The notes below the pieces were generated by a model. The model saw nothing but the letters and a program-made list of their open reading frames with translations. It was not told the origin of the DNA and did no database searches. From assembly GCA_964643335.1 (NCBI GenBank), contig CAZXSQ010000001.1, positions 2,844 to 50,723 of the forward strand: a DNA stretch of 47,880 nucleotides, in the 5' to 3' direction. Within the stretch, counting starts at the first letter, position 1. Each line of letters starts with the position of its first letter. Both the position numbers and the translations under genes were made by a program. The DNA is from an uncultured bacterium. Lineage in GTDB: Bacteria; Hinthialibacterota; Hinthialibacteria; Hinthialibacterales; Hinthialibacteraceae. Below are positions 26,999-35,679 of this stretch, in pieces.

Positions 26999-28921
26999 AT
27001 GGCATTAAACAATCCATCTCCACCCAAAAGAGAGTTTACCACATCAGCTGTATTCTTTGGAATCCTTCTATCAATTATAATGGGGGCAGCCAATGTTTAC
27101 CTCGGGCTGCGCGCAGGTATGACAGTCTCTGCCTCCATCCCCGCCGCAGTCATCGCGATGGGAATCTACCATGCACTGTTAGGCCGTGGCTCCATCTTAG
27201 AATCGAACATGGTGCAAACCGGCGCTTCGGCCGGCGAATCATTGGCCGCTGGAATTATTTTCACCATCCCCGCTATGATCCTTGCCGGACTCTGGCAGCA
27301 TTTCCATTTCTGGACCACCACCCTTATCGCCTTCACTGGCGGCCTGCTGGGAATCCTGTTCATGATCCCTATGCGCCGGGTATTTGTCATCGATAGCCCC
27401 GAACTCAAATACCCTGAAGGTCTGGCGTGCGCCGAAGTGCTTCGCGCTGGTGAAAGCCAGGAAGGCGATACAACCGAAGCGTCTATAGGCACACGCCTGG
27501 TATTTTATGGACTGGCTGCCGGAGCGGTTTTCAAATTCTGCCTGTCCTATCTTGGCTTGCTCAAGGATACGGTGGAATGGGCAATCTACAGAACGACGCA
27601 TGTCTTCTATTTTGGCGCGGATATCTCACCCGCTTTGGTCGCTGTCGGAGTCATCGTTGGCCTGCCGATTTCATTGCAGATTTTTCTGGGTGGAGCCATG
27701 GGCTGGTTGATAGGCATCCCCTTTATGACTGCCGATCCTCAAGCCGGTTCGGCCATTGATCAGGCATGGCACCTGTGGTCGACTCAAGTTCGATACATGG
27801 GTGTAGGAACCATGGTTGTCGGTGGTGTTGTCTCTATATGGAAAGTACGCCGGGGTTTGGTCACCGCCATCCGCGAAATGACATCGCACTTCCAAGTAAA
27901 ATCCAAAACAGAATCCACCGAACAAAGCGAAGACATAAACAGTTTACTCATTGTGTTTTTAATCATTGTTAGCTTTTTCTCGATAGGTGGAGTCTATTTA
28001 TATTTGTTAAAAGGATGGTTGGGTATTACCGCCTTGGTCACAGTCATTATGATTGTCATGGCATTTTTCTTTACCGCTGTGGCCAGCTACATTGTTGGCC
28101 TGGTAGGTAACTCGAACAGCCCGGTTTCAGGCATGACTATCTCGACAATCCTGGTCACCGGTGCGCTGATTTATATCTTCGGCTACAGCGGCACCGCCGG
28201 GATGATCGCCACGCTTGGAGTAGCGGGAGTAGTCTGCTGCGTGGCTTGCACTTCCGGAGACGTCTGCAACGATCTGAAAACCGGCTTCATTGTAGGCGCC
28301 AAACCGCGCAACCAGCAGCGTATGCAAATTCTCGGAGTCTTAGCCGCTGCGTTCGTCCTGGCGCCGGTAATGACCGTCTTGCATGAAGGCTCGCTAACCA
28401 ATGGCACCGGCGGCATCGGTGGACGGGAACTCCCCGCACCACAAGCCGTCCTGTTTGCCTCATTGGTCAACGGTTTCTTCGGTGAAGGCGTACTCCCATG
28501 GGATATGGTGGCTTGGGGAGTAGGGATTGGGATTATTTTACTGATGATCGATGGTATGTTGATGATTCTTGAATCCCCCTTCCGCCTGCACATCATGCCG
28601 GTGGCGGTCGGAATCTACCTCCCCATGGGTTTGTCAGTCGCAATCCTGGCAGGCGGCATTCTCCACGGTTTCCTGTTCGGTAAGTCACGCGAAGAAACTA
28701 ACAGCAACCGCAAAAACGGCATCCTCATCGCGTCAGGAATGATCGCCGGAGAATCCCTGGTCGGCGTCTTCATCGGCTTTCTGGCCTACATGGAATACAA
28801 ATCCCTAACACTAGGCGGCCAACTAGGCATCATGGACTACAACTCCCTCCCCATTATAGCCATACTACTTGTTATGGTGTGGTTGTATGGAATATCCAGA
28901 AAATATGGTAGGCAGGGTTAA
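26999..28921 (+). CDS. OPT-family oligopeptide transporter
   Basis: MALNNPSPPKREFTTSAVFFGILLSIIMGAANVYLGLRAGMTVSASIPAAVIAMGI is a typical bacterial OPT N-terminus. About 16 hydrophobic helices. The track start at 26906 would translate through the REP hairpin, so the in-frame ATG at 26999 (GAAAGGAA upstream) is preferred. Confidence 0.88.
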   Translation: MALNNPSPPKREFTTSAVFFGILLSIIMGAANVYLGLRAGMTVSASIPAAVIAMGIYHALLGRGSILESNMVQTGASAGESLAAGIIFTIPAMILAGLWQHFHFWTTTLIAFTGGLLGILFMIPMRRVFVIDSPELKYPEGLACAEVLRAGESQEGDTTEASIGTRLVFYGLAAGAVFKFCLSYLGLLKDTVEWAIYRTTHVFYFGADISPALVAVGVIVGLPISLQIFLGGAMGWLIGIPFMTADPQAGSAIDQAWHLWSTQVRYMGVGTMVVGGVVSIWKVRRGLVTAIREMTSHFQVKSKTESTEQSEDINSLLIVFLIIVSFFSIGGVYLYLLKGWLGITALVTVIMIVMAFFFTAVASYIVGLVGNSNSPVSGMTISTILVTGALIYIFGYSGTAGMIATLGVAGVVCCVACTSGDVCNDLKTGFIVGAKPRNQQRMQILGVLAAAFVLAPVMTVLHEGSLTNGTGGIGGRELPAPQAVLFASLVNGFFGEGVLPWDMVAWGVGIGIILLMIDGMLMILESPFRLHIMPVAVGIYLPMGLSVAILAGGILHGFLFGKSREETNSNRKNGILIASGMIAGESLVGVFIGFLAYMEYKSLTLGGQLGIMDYNSLPIIAILLVMVWLYGISRKYGRQG

Positions 28922-28930
28922 TTTATAGGT

Positions 28931-29068
28931 CTCCGGAGTGCCAAAGGTAATTCGCCGTGATTGTTTATCGTGTGTTCTGTAATTCTACTCAATAAAAAAC
29001 TGCATAAAAACGCTGGATTTATCCCCTCTATGGTTTTGACTATGCAGCCCTTATGAGGGCACTCGGAG
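28931..29068. repeat. Nested inverted repeat followed by a T-run, immediately downstream of the OPT gene. Possible terminator or REP-like element.
   Basis: CTCCGGAGTGCC (28931-28942) pairs with GGCACTCGGAG (29058-29068) with a 1-nt bulge. An inner pair is CTGCATA (29000-29006) / TATGCAG (29041-29047). TTTATATTTTTT follows. Confidence 0.5.
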
Positions 29069-29306
29069 TTTATATTTTTTAGCTATAGGCACAAAGTAAC
29101 ATATCCACAAAAACTTCCACCCACAGCGATTTAACCTCACCACCCATCATATCCCAAAGAAACCAAATCTGTGCTAAAATAGTATTCGGTGATTCGCATA
29201 TACCCCCAAAAAGCAAGAGGACATACGGTGTGGACATCAATCAGGGGAGAATTCGGAGAATGGCTTTCAAGTGATTTGTCCAGATTGTTAAATAAGAGGT
29301 CAAATA

Positions 29307-29543
29307 ATGAATGTCACTGAAATGTCTGAGATACTTGATCGTGTACAGACTTGGACACCAGAGATGCGAATTATGTTGGCTCGTAAGATTTTGGAGACCT
29401 TAGATTCACCGCAAATCTCAGAGCCGCCACGAAAAATGTCACTTCATCAAGTGTTCGGGATTTTAAAAACCGACTCTCCTCCACCTAACGACGAAGAATG
29501 TGCAAAAATCGTCGAAGAGGAACGACTGAGGAAACACGGATGA
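29307..29543 (+). CDS. Putative type II antitoxin (addiction-module component-like) paired with the VapC remnant
   Basis: 78-aa acidic/helical protein. Its stop overlaps the ATG of the downstream PIN-like ORF (ATGA overlap at 29540-29543), which is the classic TA arrangement. Confidence 0.55.
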   Translation: MNVTEMSEILDRVQTWTPEMRIMLARKILETLDSPQISEPPRKMSLHQVFGILKTDSPPPNDEECAKIVEEERLRKHG

Positions 29544-29686
29544 CTCGTGCCTTATTCGATACAAATGTGGTTCTTGACGTTCTGCTTGATCGGCCTCCTT
29601 GGAGTACTGACGCAAAAGCCCTCTGGCAAGCTCATGCGAACAATCAGCTTGCGGCAGCGAAAAGGCCGTTTGGCCAAGCCGTATAA
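29540..29686 (+). pseudogene. Truncated PIN-domain (VapC-family) toxin remnant, ~48 codons
   Basis: MTRALFDTNVVLDVLLDRPPW... is a canonical PIN N-terminus (first acidic D in FDTNV). The frame stops after ~48 aa, against the ~130 aa expected. The break coincides with the start of the 76-nt repeat at 29666. Confidence 0.65.
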
Positions 29687-29741
29687 AGTGCGGCAAGTGA
29701 GAGCTGTGATAACCGCTTACGGTTTGACGATTAATGAGGAG
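29666..29741 (+). repeat. 76-nt direct repeat, copy 1 (protein-coding-like; ends 4 nt before hicB)
   Basis: Aligns without gaps to 30568-30643, with about 63 of 76 positions identical by hand. It encodes (R)LAKPYKVRQVRAVITAYGLTINEE in the frame whose stop overlaps the hicB start. Confidence 0.75.
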
Positions 29742-29743
29742 AA

Positions 29744-29959
29744 ATGATGCATAAATACGAGATAATTATCTCCTGGAGCAACGATGACGAGGCGTTCATT
29801 GCAGAAGTACCGGAACTACCGAGTTGCATGGCACATGGAAATAGTCCGGACGAAGCTCTAACAAACTGCAAAGACGCTATGGATCTATGGCTGGACACGG
29901 CAAGAGAATTAGGTAGAGACATTCCTGAACCGAAGGGGAGACGCCTTCTATATACCTGA
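29744..29959 (+). CDS. hicB: HicB-family antitoxin (orphan; no intact HicA)
   Basis: MMHKYEIIISWSNDDEAFIAEVPELPSCMAHGNSPDEALTNCKDAMDLWLDTARELGRDIPEP is the HicB/UPF0150 N-domain pattern (VPxLPGC...G.T.EEAL...A...). Confidence 0.85.
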   Translation: MMHKYEIIISWSNDDEAFIAEVPELPSCMAHGNSPDEALTNCKDAMDLWLDTARELGRDIPEPKGRRLLYT

Positions 29960-30087
29960 ATACGGGCCTAAAACAAAAGCATGGTTCGCACATCCAGTTG
30001 AATCCAGCCGCCCAACATACACAGGAAGCAATCTCATTTACACGGCAAGTTTTTTTTAAAACGATCATTAGCACGGAAGGAAATAAT

Positions 30088-30294
30088 ATGAAGAAATCAT
30101 TCACAGACCTCGTTGAAGAAGTCAAACAATTGGATCCGGACGAGAAGTTCACTCTCAAATCATTACTGGATAAATATCTGATTGAAGAGCGCCGGCACGA
30201 AATCCTCCGGCATTACCAAGAGAGTAAGCACGAGGAAACTGATCTGTCCTTTTCGTCTGATATCGATGAACTGAAAGCACAACTCTCCAAATGA
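30088..30294 (+). CDS. Putative antitoxin of the RelE-family module
   Basis: The ATG at 30088 follows GGAAGG. 68-aa helical acidic protein (MKKSFTDLVEEVKQLDPDEKF...). A 4-nt ATGA overlap joins it to the toxin gene. The longer track ORF from 29998 is probably an upstream over-extension. Confidence 0.6.
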   Translation: MKKSFTDLVEEVKQLDPDEKFTLKSLLDKYLIEERRHEILRHYQESKHEETDLSFSSDIDELKAQLSK

Positions 30295-30557
30295 AAGTTG
30301 CATTTAGTTCGTCCTTTCAACGGGTATTCCGGAAATGCATTGAGCGAAGTCCAGAAATAAAAGAGCGATTTTGGACACGTGTAGAATGGTTTGCGGATGA
30401 TCCCTTCGATCCACGTTTACGTACCCATAAACTCTCGGGTGAGTTATCTGATCTATGGAGTTTCAGTATTACTTACGATGTTAGGGTCATCTTCTACTTT
30501 GCAGATGAAGAGAAAGTAGTATTTGTGGATATTGGATCCCATGATGAAGTCTATTGA
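30291..30557 (+). CDS. RelE/ParE-superfamily type II toxin (mRNA interferase-like)
   Basis: 88 aa. ...DPRLRTHKLSGELSDLWSFSITYDVRVIFYFADEEKVVFVDIGSHDEVY is a typical RelE/YafQ-like C-terminal pattern (H.L.G......S....D.R.I.......I....G.HD.VY). Confidence 0.8.
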   Translation: MKVAFSSSFQRVFRKCIERSPEIKERFWTRVEWFADDPFDPRLRTHKLSGELSDLWSFSITYDVRVIFYFADEEKVVFVDIGSHDEVY

Positions 30558-30567
30558 GGTGAGAAGA

Positions 30568-30643
30568 CCGTTTGGCCAAGCCATATCAAGTGCGGCATGT
30601 GAGAGCCGTGATTACTGCCTACGGTTTAACAATGGGAGAGGAG
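30568..30643 (+). repeat. 76-nt direct repeat, copy 2 (forms the 5' end of the 99-aa ORF)
   Basis: See 29666-29741. It starts 11 nt after the RelE-family stop and encodes (R)LAKPYQVRHVRAVITAYGLTMGEE. Confidence 0.75.
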
Positions 30644-30871
30644 GCGGCATTATATGAATATCAATACGCTAAAAGAAATAAATCTGATTTATCACAAGAG
30701 CCACGTTTCATTTACGATTACTATCTTGGACTGATTCATTATTACCGCCATGAATTCAAGAAAGCAAATCAATACTTCAAGAAAGCAAAAAATAATTCCA
30801 CAAATCCTTGTATTCAAGAAAAGAGCAGAGAATTGATGAAAAAGATTCATCTACTCACTCCAATTGAATAA
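30572..30871 (+). CDS. Hypothetical 99-aa protein with one TPR-like motif; may be a gene remnant
   Basis: TTG start only. YYLGLIHYYRHEFKKANQYFKKA resembles a TPR helix pair. Its 3' end overlaps the convergent 906-aa gene by 17 nt. Confidence 0.35.
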   Translation: MAKPYQVRHVRAVITAYGLTMGEEAALYEYQYAKRNKSDLSQEPRFIYDYYLGLIHYYRHEFKKANQYFKKAKNNSTNPCIQEKSRELMKKIHLLTPIE

Positions 30872-33575
30872 TAATATTCTCATTTGGAGGGGTCAGATTC
30901 TCCATAATCACCGCCGGTTCTTTTTCGCCGGGATAGAAAACGTGAATGGAGAAAGTCTCATCGAGAGGTAAACCGTACAGCCAAAAATATCCCATCTCAT
31001 CCGATTGCATATCCATATAAGACTGGCCTTTGCTGTTTTTCGGTAAGAGCACGGCTCCGGAATACGGTTGATTGTTTTCATCCAGAAGGATACCCGCTAA
31101 GTGTCCGGCTGGTTCCACAATCAATTCAACCGGTTCGAGATTCCCGTCCTCCGGCATTTCAAGCGGCTTAGATGCATATCTATAATCGTAATAAGGCCTT
31201 TCCCCAAACCGCTCATGCTGAACATGATGATATTCATCATGAACACTGATATAGAAACTGCCCGGCTGCACTCCATGAATCTCAAAACTTCCATCTTCAT
31301 TTAAGGTGTACTCATTTCTATCATTTCTCTGACGTAAATGTATGTTACCTCGTTTTACTACACTCCCGTCCACCATTTTTACATGTCCGGTGACAGTGAA
31401 TTTCTTGACTCCTTCTAAAACCAAATGCAAATCTTTAATATGATCGCCCATCATAAAATTGACACGTTCAACCGCTTGCGCTTCCACATCAACATGTTCT
31501 TTTTGTACCGAATGGTTGTCCCATTGTTCTGGGATCACTTTTCCCTTTGACGCCGTTATATCCAAAGATTTTTCATGTTCTGATGGGCGTCCATAAAAAG
31601 AAAATTCAAAACGGCCTTGCGAAAGGTTAAGATACTCCTCATCAAACTTTGGAATAATATCCTTATTATTGAAATTGAAATCAACTTGAATAACCGCGTC
31701 ATGAACAGGTACATTATTTTGATCAGTGACAATGCCGCTGATGGTTGTTTTGACTGAAGAAACCACATATATTTCGACATTATTGATATCATGATCCTTT
31801 ATATCAATTACAGCCATATCTTTATTGCGAGTTTTCAATGTATAAGTACCTTTATCATACTGATCTTCTGGAATAAACGCCGGACAATACTTATCTATTT
31901 CAGCCTGAACCGCACAAATATCATAAGTACCAAGCTTTAAATTGTTGAATTCAAAATAACCGTTTGCATCTGTTTTAATACGGCCTGCATCATTTATTCC
32001 CCATCCTGTATCACCGGGAACGGTAACACCCCGATAATCCAATTCAAGCGTGTAATCAGCAACCGGCTGCCGGTCTTCGTAAGTCAAAACATGGCCGCTG
32101 ATGGTGTAACCGGTATCCGGTATGGATAGTTCTATATGATGAAAGGGTTCTCTCACTTCAAACTCTTGTGAAACAGTCTTGCCTTTCGCATCAGTTGGAG
32201 CCGTAGCAGTAATGTGGTATTTGCCATAGGGAACTTTTTCAATTTTGCAGCGCCCATATTTATCAGTCTTATGAGCAAAAATTCCTTTGCGGGTATTATT
32301 GGTACTTGGCTGAAGAACAACTTGTGCGCCTGGAAGACAGTTGAAAAGATCATCGGCTCCCTCATTTGTCTCACGATTTACTCGAATATAAAGACGGCTT
32401 GAATCGCTCATTCTCAATTGAACATTGTCCATTGTGGGAAACACCGGAACAATCCTTGAATGAAAGTCATCTTTTCGAGCTTGGATAAAATAGAGTCCAG
32501 GCTTTAAATTATTGAAGGTACACCGTCCAAGGCTGTCTGTTTGTTGTGTAGATAGCGCAGGTTCATTTTCAGCAAAACTAAGTTTTCTTAATCTACTGCA
32601 ATACCGTTGCCCGTCACGCGAGAATTCCAAAGAAGGGCCAAATCCCCATCCGGATTGTTGATTTTGCAGAACAATAGTATCCCATATTCGCAAACGGGGT
32701 GAACTAAGTTTTCCAGGTTTGTTTCCTCTAGGGGTATTATGACCAAGAACATGCCTGGTATCCCCTGGATTCCACATACAATAATCTATACCAAGAATGA
32801 TATCGCCCGGTGTAAGTCCGGATACTTGATTGTATGGGGGTATCTGTAATTTCTTTTCTGATGTTTGCAGAACATGTATTCCATCATCTTTATACTGAAC
32901 CGCCGCTTGTTCAAAATCGACATTGACATAATTGTAGTGAATCTGGGCTTTCTCCGGCACTGGCCGGTCCACTTCTAAACCCCGATATAAAGTAACTTCC
33001 GCTCCTGCCATTGTCTGTTTGTTTTTTGTATGCACTTCAACATCAATCGAACATTTATATTCCATGACCAATTCGACTGGATCATCTGTAGAAATATCCT
33101 CAATGGTCTTGCTAACAGAAAAATACCCATTGGCATTGGCAGCAATCGTAACAGGATTCTGGATGGTATCCTGAATCACAGCCCGCCCGTGCTTGAAAGA
33201 GAAGTTTTCATCGTTGATTTTGATGGAACCTTTCTGAATAGGATCCCCCAGCGCATCCGTCACCAAAATTTGTAATGCTTTAGGTTGTGACTCGATTTTC
33301 TGCAGTACTTCATCGAATTTTGTCGCTGAAGAAATTTTTTCATCAGCAGAGACGATGGCGGTTTCCCGCTTTTCTTCCAGTGTGGGAGCAGTGAACACTT
33401 CACCTGGAGTGATAGTCTTTTGTACCTTATCATTACTCACCTGGACCTTGCCTTCATACACCTCCACTTCCACCGCTTGAGGCGTAACAGTCTCTTCTTG
33501 ATGACCAGAAAACATTGTTATTCCAATAATAAGCACAATGATTAGAATCGGTACAATAATAAAAGCCTGACGCAT
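30855..33575 (-). CDS. Membrane-anchored 906-aa protein with multiple carboxypeptidase-regulatory-like (prealbumin/transthyretin-like) beta-sandwich repeats
   Basis: N-terminal TM helix (FIIVPILIIVLIIGITMF). Recurrent repeat signature: ...D..G.[FC].[FI]..[LV].PG.Y.[IV].A (GRCTFNNLKPGLYFIQA, GRCKIEKVPYGKYHITA, NGYFEFNNLKLGTYDICA, DGSFEIHGVQPGSFYISV). Confidence 0.75.
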   Translation of the reverse strand: MRQAFIIVPILIIVLIIGITMFSGHQEETVTPQAVEVEVYEGKVQVSNDKVQKTITPGEVFTAPTLEEKRETAIVSADEKISSATKFDEVLQKIESQPKALQILVTDALGDPIQKGSIKINDENFSFKHGRAVIQDTIQNPVTIAANANGYFSVSKTIEDISTDDPVELVMEYKCSIDVEVHTKNKQTMAGAEVTLYRGLEVDRPVPEKAQIHYNYVNVDFEQAAVQYKDDGIHVLQTSEKKLQIPPYNQVSGLTPGDIILGIDYCMWNPGDTRHVLGHNTPRGNKPGKLSSPRLRIWDTIVLQNQQSGWGFGPSLEFSRDGQRYCSRLRKLSFAENEPALSTQQTDSLGRCTFNNLKPGLYFIQARKDDFHSRIVPVFPTMDNVQLRMSDSSRLYIRVNRETNEGADDLFNCLPGAQVVLQPSTNNTRKGIFAHKTDKYGRCKIEKVPYGKYHITATAPTDAKGKTVSQEFEVREPFHHIELSIPDTGYTISGHVLTYEDRQPVADYTLELDYRGVTVPGDTGWGINDAGRIKTDANGYFEFNNLKLGTYDICAVQAEIDKYCPAFIPEDQYDKGTYTLKTRNKDMAVIDIKDHDINNVEIYVVSSVKTTISGIVTDQNNVPVHDAVIQVDFNFNNKDIIPKFDEEYLNLSQGRFEFSFYGRPSEHEKSLDITASKGKVIPEQWDNHSVQKEHVDVEAQAVERVNFMMGDHIKDLHLVLEGVKKFTVTGHVKMVDGSVVKRGNIHLRQRNDRNEYTLNEDGSFEIHGVQPGSFYISVHDEYHHVQHERFGERPYYDYRYASKPLEMPEDGNLEPVELIVEPAGHLAGILLDENNQPYSGAVLLPKNSKGQSYMDMQSDEMGYFWLYGLPLDETFSIHVFYPGEKEPAVIMENLTPPNENIIIQLE

Positions 33576-33592
33576 GATGATAACCTCAACAT

Positions 33593-34222
33593 TTAAGGAA
33601 TGACTTTCACACGAAATACGGTTCCAACCACTTCTGTTCTAAGTAAAGGGGTAATGACCGCCATAGTGGAGTCAGGGATAGACTCGGCATGAACTAGAAT
33701 CTCCCCTTTATTCAGAAAAATATTTCGATGCCGATCGAATTGTATGGATATTCTCGTACCCGGTTCACATTCAATCCGGCTGTTTTCATTTAATTCAATG
33801 ATGGTTTTTTGATCCCTTGGCGTAGTAAAAAAGTAACGGTTCTTAATCAAAAAAGAATTTAAAAATGACGCTTCATCAAGACTATGCTCTGCTAGAGGTT
33901 TATATTCAATCTTCTGTACAGGTGAATAATGGAACCAGGCAAAATAGATGAACAACAAAAGTGCACAAACCACCGCAGCCGGTTGCCAGAACCACCTTTT
34001 CAAATAAAAGCTGCTCTCATGTTCACTCAAACTCAGAGTCTCTCTCCGCAATCGATCCGCCAGCTGTTTATATGAAACCTCCGGAACCTCATATTCACGA
34101 AGATTCTTCTGAATCCAACGGTATGCATTAAATACTTGCGCTTCTTCCTCATTTTGAGGAGCAGCCTGCTGATCGAAACGCTGCGAGATATCGTTATACT
34201 TTTTCGGGTCGTGGTTCTTCAT
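33593..34222 (-). CDS. Anti-sigma factor with a single TM helix and a FecR-like C-terminal domain
   Basis: 4-nt overlap with the sigma gene. Central TM helix (AAVVCALLLFIYFAWF). C-terminal pattern IELNENSRIECEPGTRISIQFD...GEILVHAE...TPLLRTEVVGTVFRVKV is FecR-like. Confidence 0.75.
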   Translation of the reverse strand: MKNHDPKKYNDISQRFDQQAAPQNEEEAQVFNAYRWIQKNLREYEVPEVSYKQLADRLRRETLSLSEHESSFYLKRWFWQPAAVVCALLLFIYFAWFHYSPVQKIEYKPLAEHSLDEASFLNSFLIKNRYFFTTPRDQKTIIELNENSRIECEPGTRISIQFDRHRNIFLNKGEILVHAESIPDSTMAVITPLLRTEVVGTVFRVKVIP

Positions 34223-34788
34223 CGTTCTTTAATATAAGGTTCTAAAATCCGGCGTAATTTTTCACGCGCCCGCCATAGACGGGTGCGGACATTGTTTATG
34301 TTTAAATTCAATGCTTTCGCAATTTCCGTATACGATTCATTGTTCACATCATGCAACACCAGAACGGTACGCTCGGCGTCATTCAGTTGATTCAAGGCAT
34401 TCTGGAACATGCTTTGTATTTCACCTTCCGAAGAAATCTGATCGGGAGTTTGAGGATGATTCAATGTATTCCTGAGCAAGCATTCTTCATCAAACGAATA
34501 CAGATCGATTTTCTTGCGCAGCCTGTCAATACACAAATTCCGGGCGATAACGGATAAATATCCCTTGATCGAACCATTGGACTGCTTGAATCGCCCTTTT
34601 TTCGCAGCGTGAATAAAACGTAAACAGGTTTCTTGAAGAATATCCTTTGCCTCTTCCTCATCCCGAACCAACAGAACACATAGACGAAGCACATCCTCTG
34701 CATACAATGCGAGAATATCCTCAAAACAGGACAAATCGCCCGAAACCAAGCGTTCTATCAAATCCGGAGAATCCATCTGCTCATTCAC
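34219..34788 (-). CDS. ECF-type RNA polymerase sigma-70 family factor
   Basis: Region 2 (EEAKDILQETCLRFIHA...YLSVIARNLCIDRLRK). Region 4 helix-turn-helix (SYTEIAKALNLNINNVRTRLWRAREKLRR). GTG start in the track; the exact start is uncertain. Confidence 0.88.
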   Translation of the reverse strand: MNEQMDSPDLIERLVSGDLSCFEDILALYAEDVLRLCVLLVRDEEEAKDILQETCLRFIHAAKKGRFKQSNGSIKGYLSVIARNLCIDRLRKKIDLYSFDEECLLRNTLNHPQTPDQISSEGEIQSMFQNALNQLNDAERTVLVLHDVNNESYTEIAKALNLNINNVRTRLWRAREKLRRILEPYIKER

Positions 34789-35023
34789 GCCCCTCTATAT
34801 AAAGAAGTACGCAAAAATAATCAAATCATCACAAATTTTCTACCTGGAGTGTATCAAAGACAAGACTCGGATGTTCGGATGCCAAAAGCAATCCGCCACG
34901 GCGGAAGCCTTTGACGAAAGTGGCAAAACGCAACATTGCCACAAAGGCTGATCATATGGCAATCAAATTGTGGTGCGGACATCCTGTCTGCATAAAAATA
35001 GGGAAGGGAATTGGAATCGGCTA

Positions 35024-35545
35024 TTATTTAATAATCGAATACTTATTCATCCTCGATTTCGGCTTCGATCTTTTCCGATGAGTATCATCTTTCGGATAAT
35101 AAAAATGTTTCTTATGTTTGAATGGCTCTCCATAATGTTCTTCACCCCGGTCACGAGGGATAATGATCATTTTATAATCGATGTCCTCTCGCGGTTCGAT
35201 AACGATCATTGAAAATTCTTCCCACGGTTCCGGTTCTTTGATGATTATTTTGGACTCTTTAAAATCTGGCTGAACTTTTCTCCTATACCTTTTGGAAGGG
35301 AAATAGTTTTGTGAATCCTTCTTAGATTTCCACCATTCATGAAATTTCTTGAGATCTTCAGGTATAATTAAACGCTTATCACTGAAGGACGGGCAGATTA
35401 TTTTCGCTTCGGCTGAAATAGCATCTTCAATTTGAGGAATTATTTCAATCGTTAGATCATTCGACTCTGAAATTTGATTAACAGTTACATCGCCGTTATC
35501 CACGCTCAAAAACGATAGCCAAATAATGAGTAAATAGGTAAACAT
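35024..35545 (-). CDS. Small secreted or membrane-anchored, highly charged hypothetical protein downstream of PadR
   Basis: An internal ATG at 35545 gives MFTYLLIIWLSFLSVDNG... (signal or anchor). The longer track ORF (to 35743) overlaps the PadR 3' end and has an unconvincing N-terminus. Confidence 0.55.
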   Translation of the reverse strand: MFTYLLIIWLSFLSVDNGDVTVNQISESNDLTIEIIPQIEDAISAEAKIICPSFSDKRLIIPEDLKKFHEWWKSKKDSQNYFPSKRYRRKVQPDFKESKIIIKEPEPWEEFSMIVIEPREDIDYKMIIIPRDRGEEHYGEPFKHKKHFYYPKDDTHRKRSKPKSRMNKYSIIK

Positions 35546-35679
35546 AATCACTAATCCTCGGAAAAATATGCACTTTAATAATATTAAACGGAATGCTTTT
35601 CCCACAGTTTTGTTAGATCGACAATTTTTGCCTGATGAGTACGGGCATCCCTTGTGGATTCCCTGCATGGATGGCTGCC

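Noticed and set aside
29547-29747. 66-aa track ORF upstream of hicB as an intact HicA toxin
   Set aside because: Most of it overlaps the VapC remnant in a different frame. Only the last ~24 residues (the duplicated peptide) look meaningful. It lacks the HicA core (the GSH motif region) and stops about 30-40 residues short of a normal HicA.
29666-30643. The 76-nt direct repeats flanking TA cassettes read as integron attC sites (a CALIN) or as DGR template/variable repeats
   Set aside because: There is no intI or reverse transcriptase in the window. I could not find R''/R' (RYYYAAC / GTTRRRY) cores or the required imperfect internal palindrome. The differences are not adenine-specific. They fall almost entirely on third codon positions of one frame, which indicates coding paralogy rather than a recombination site.
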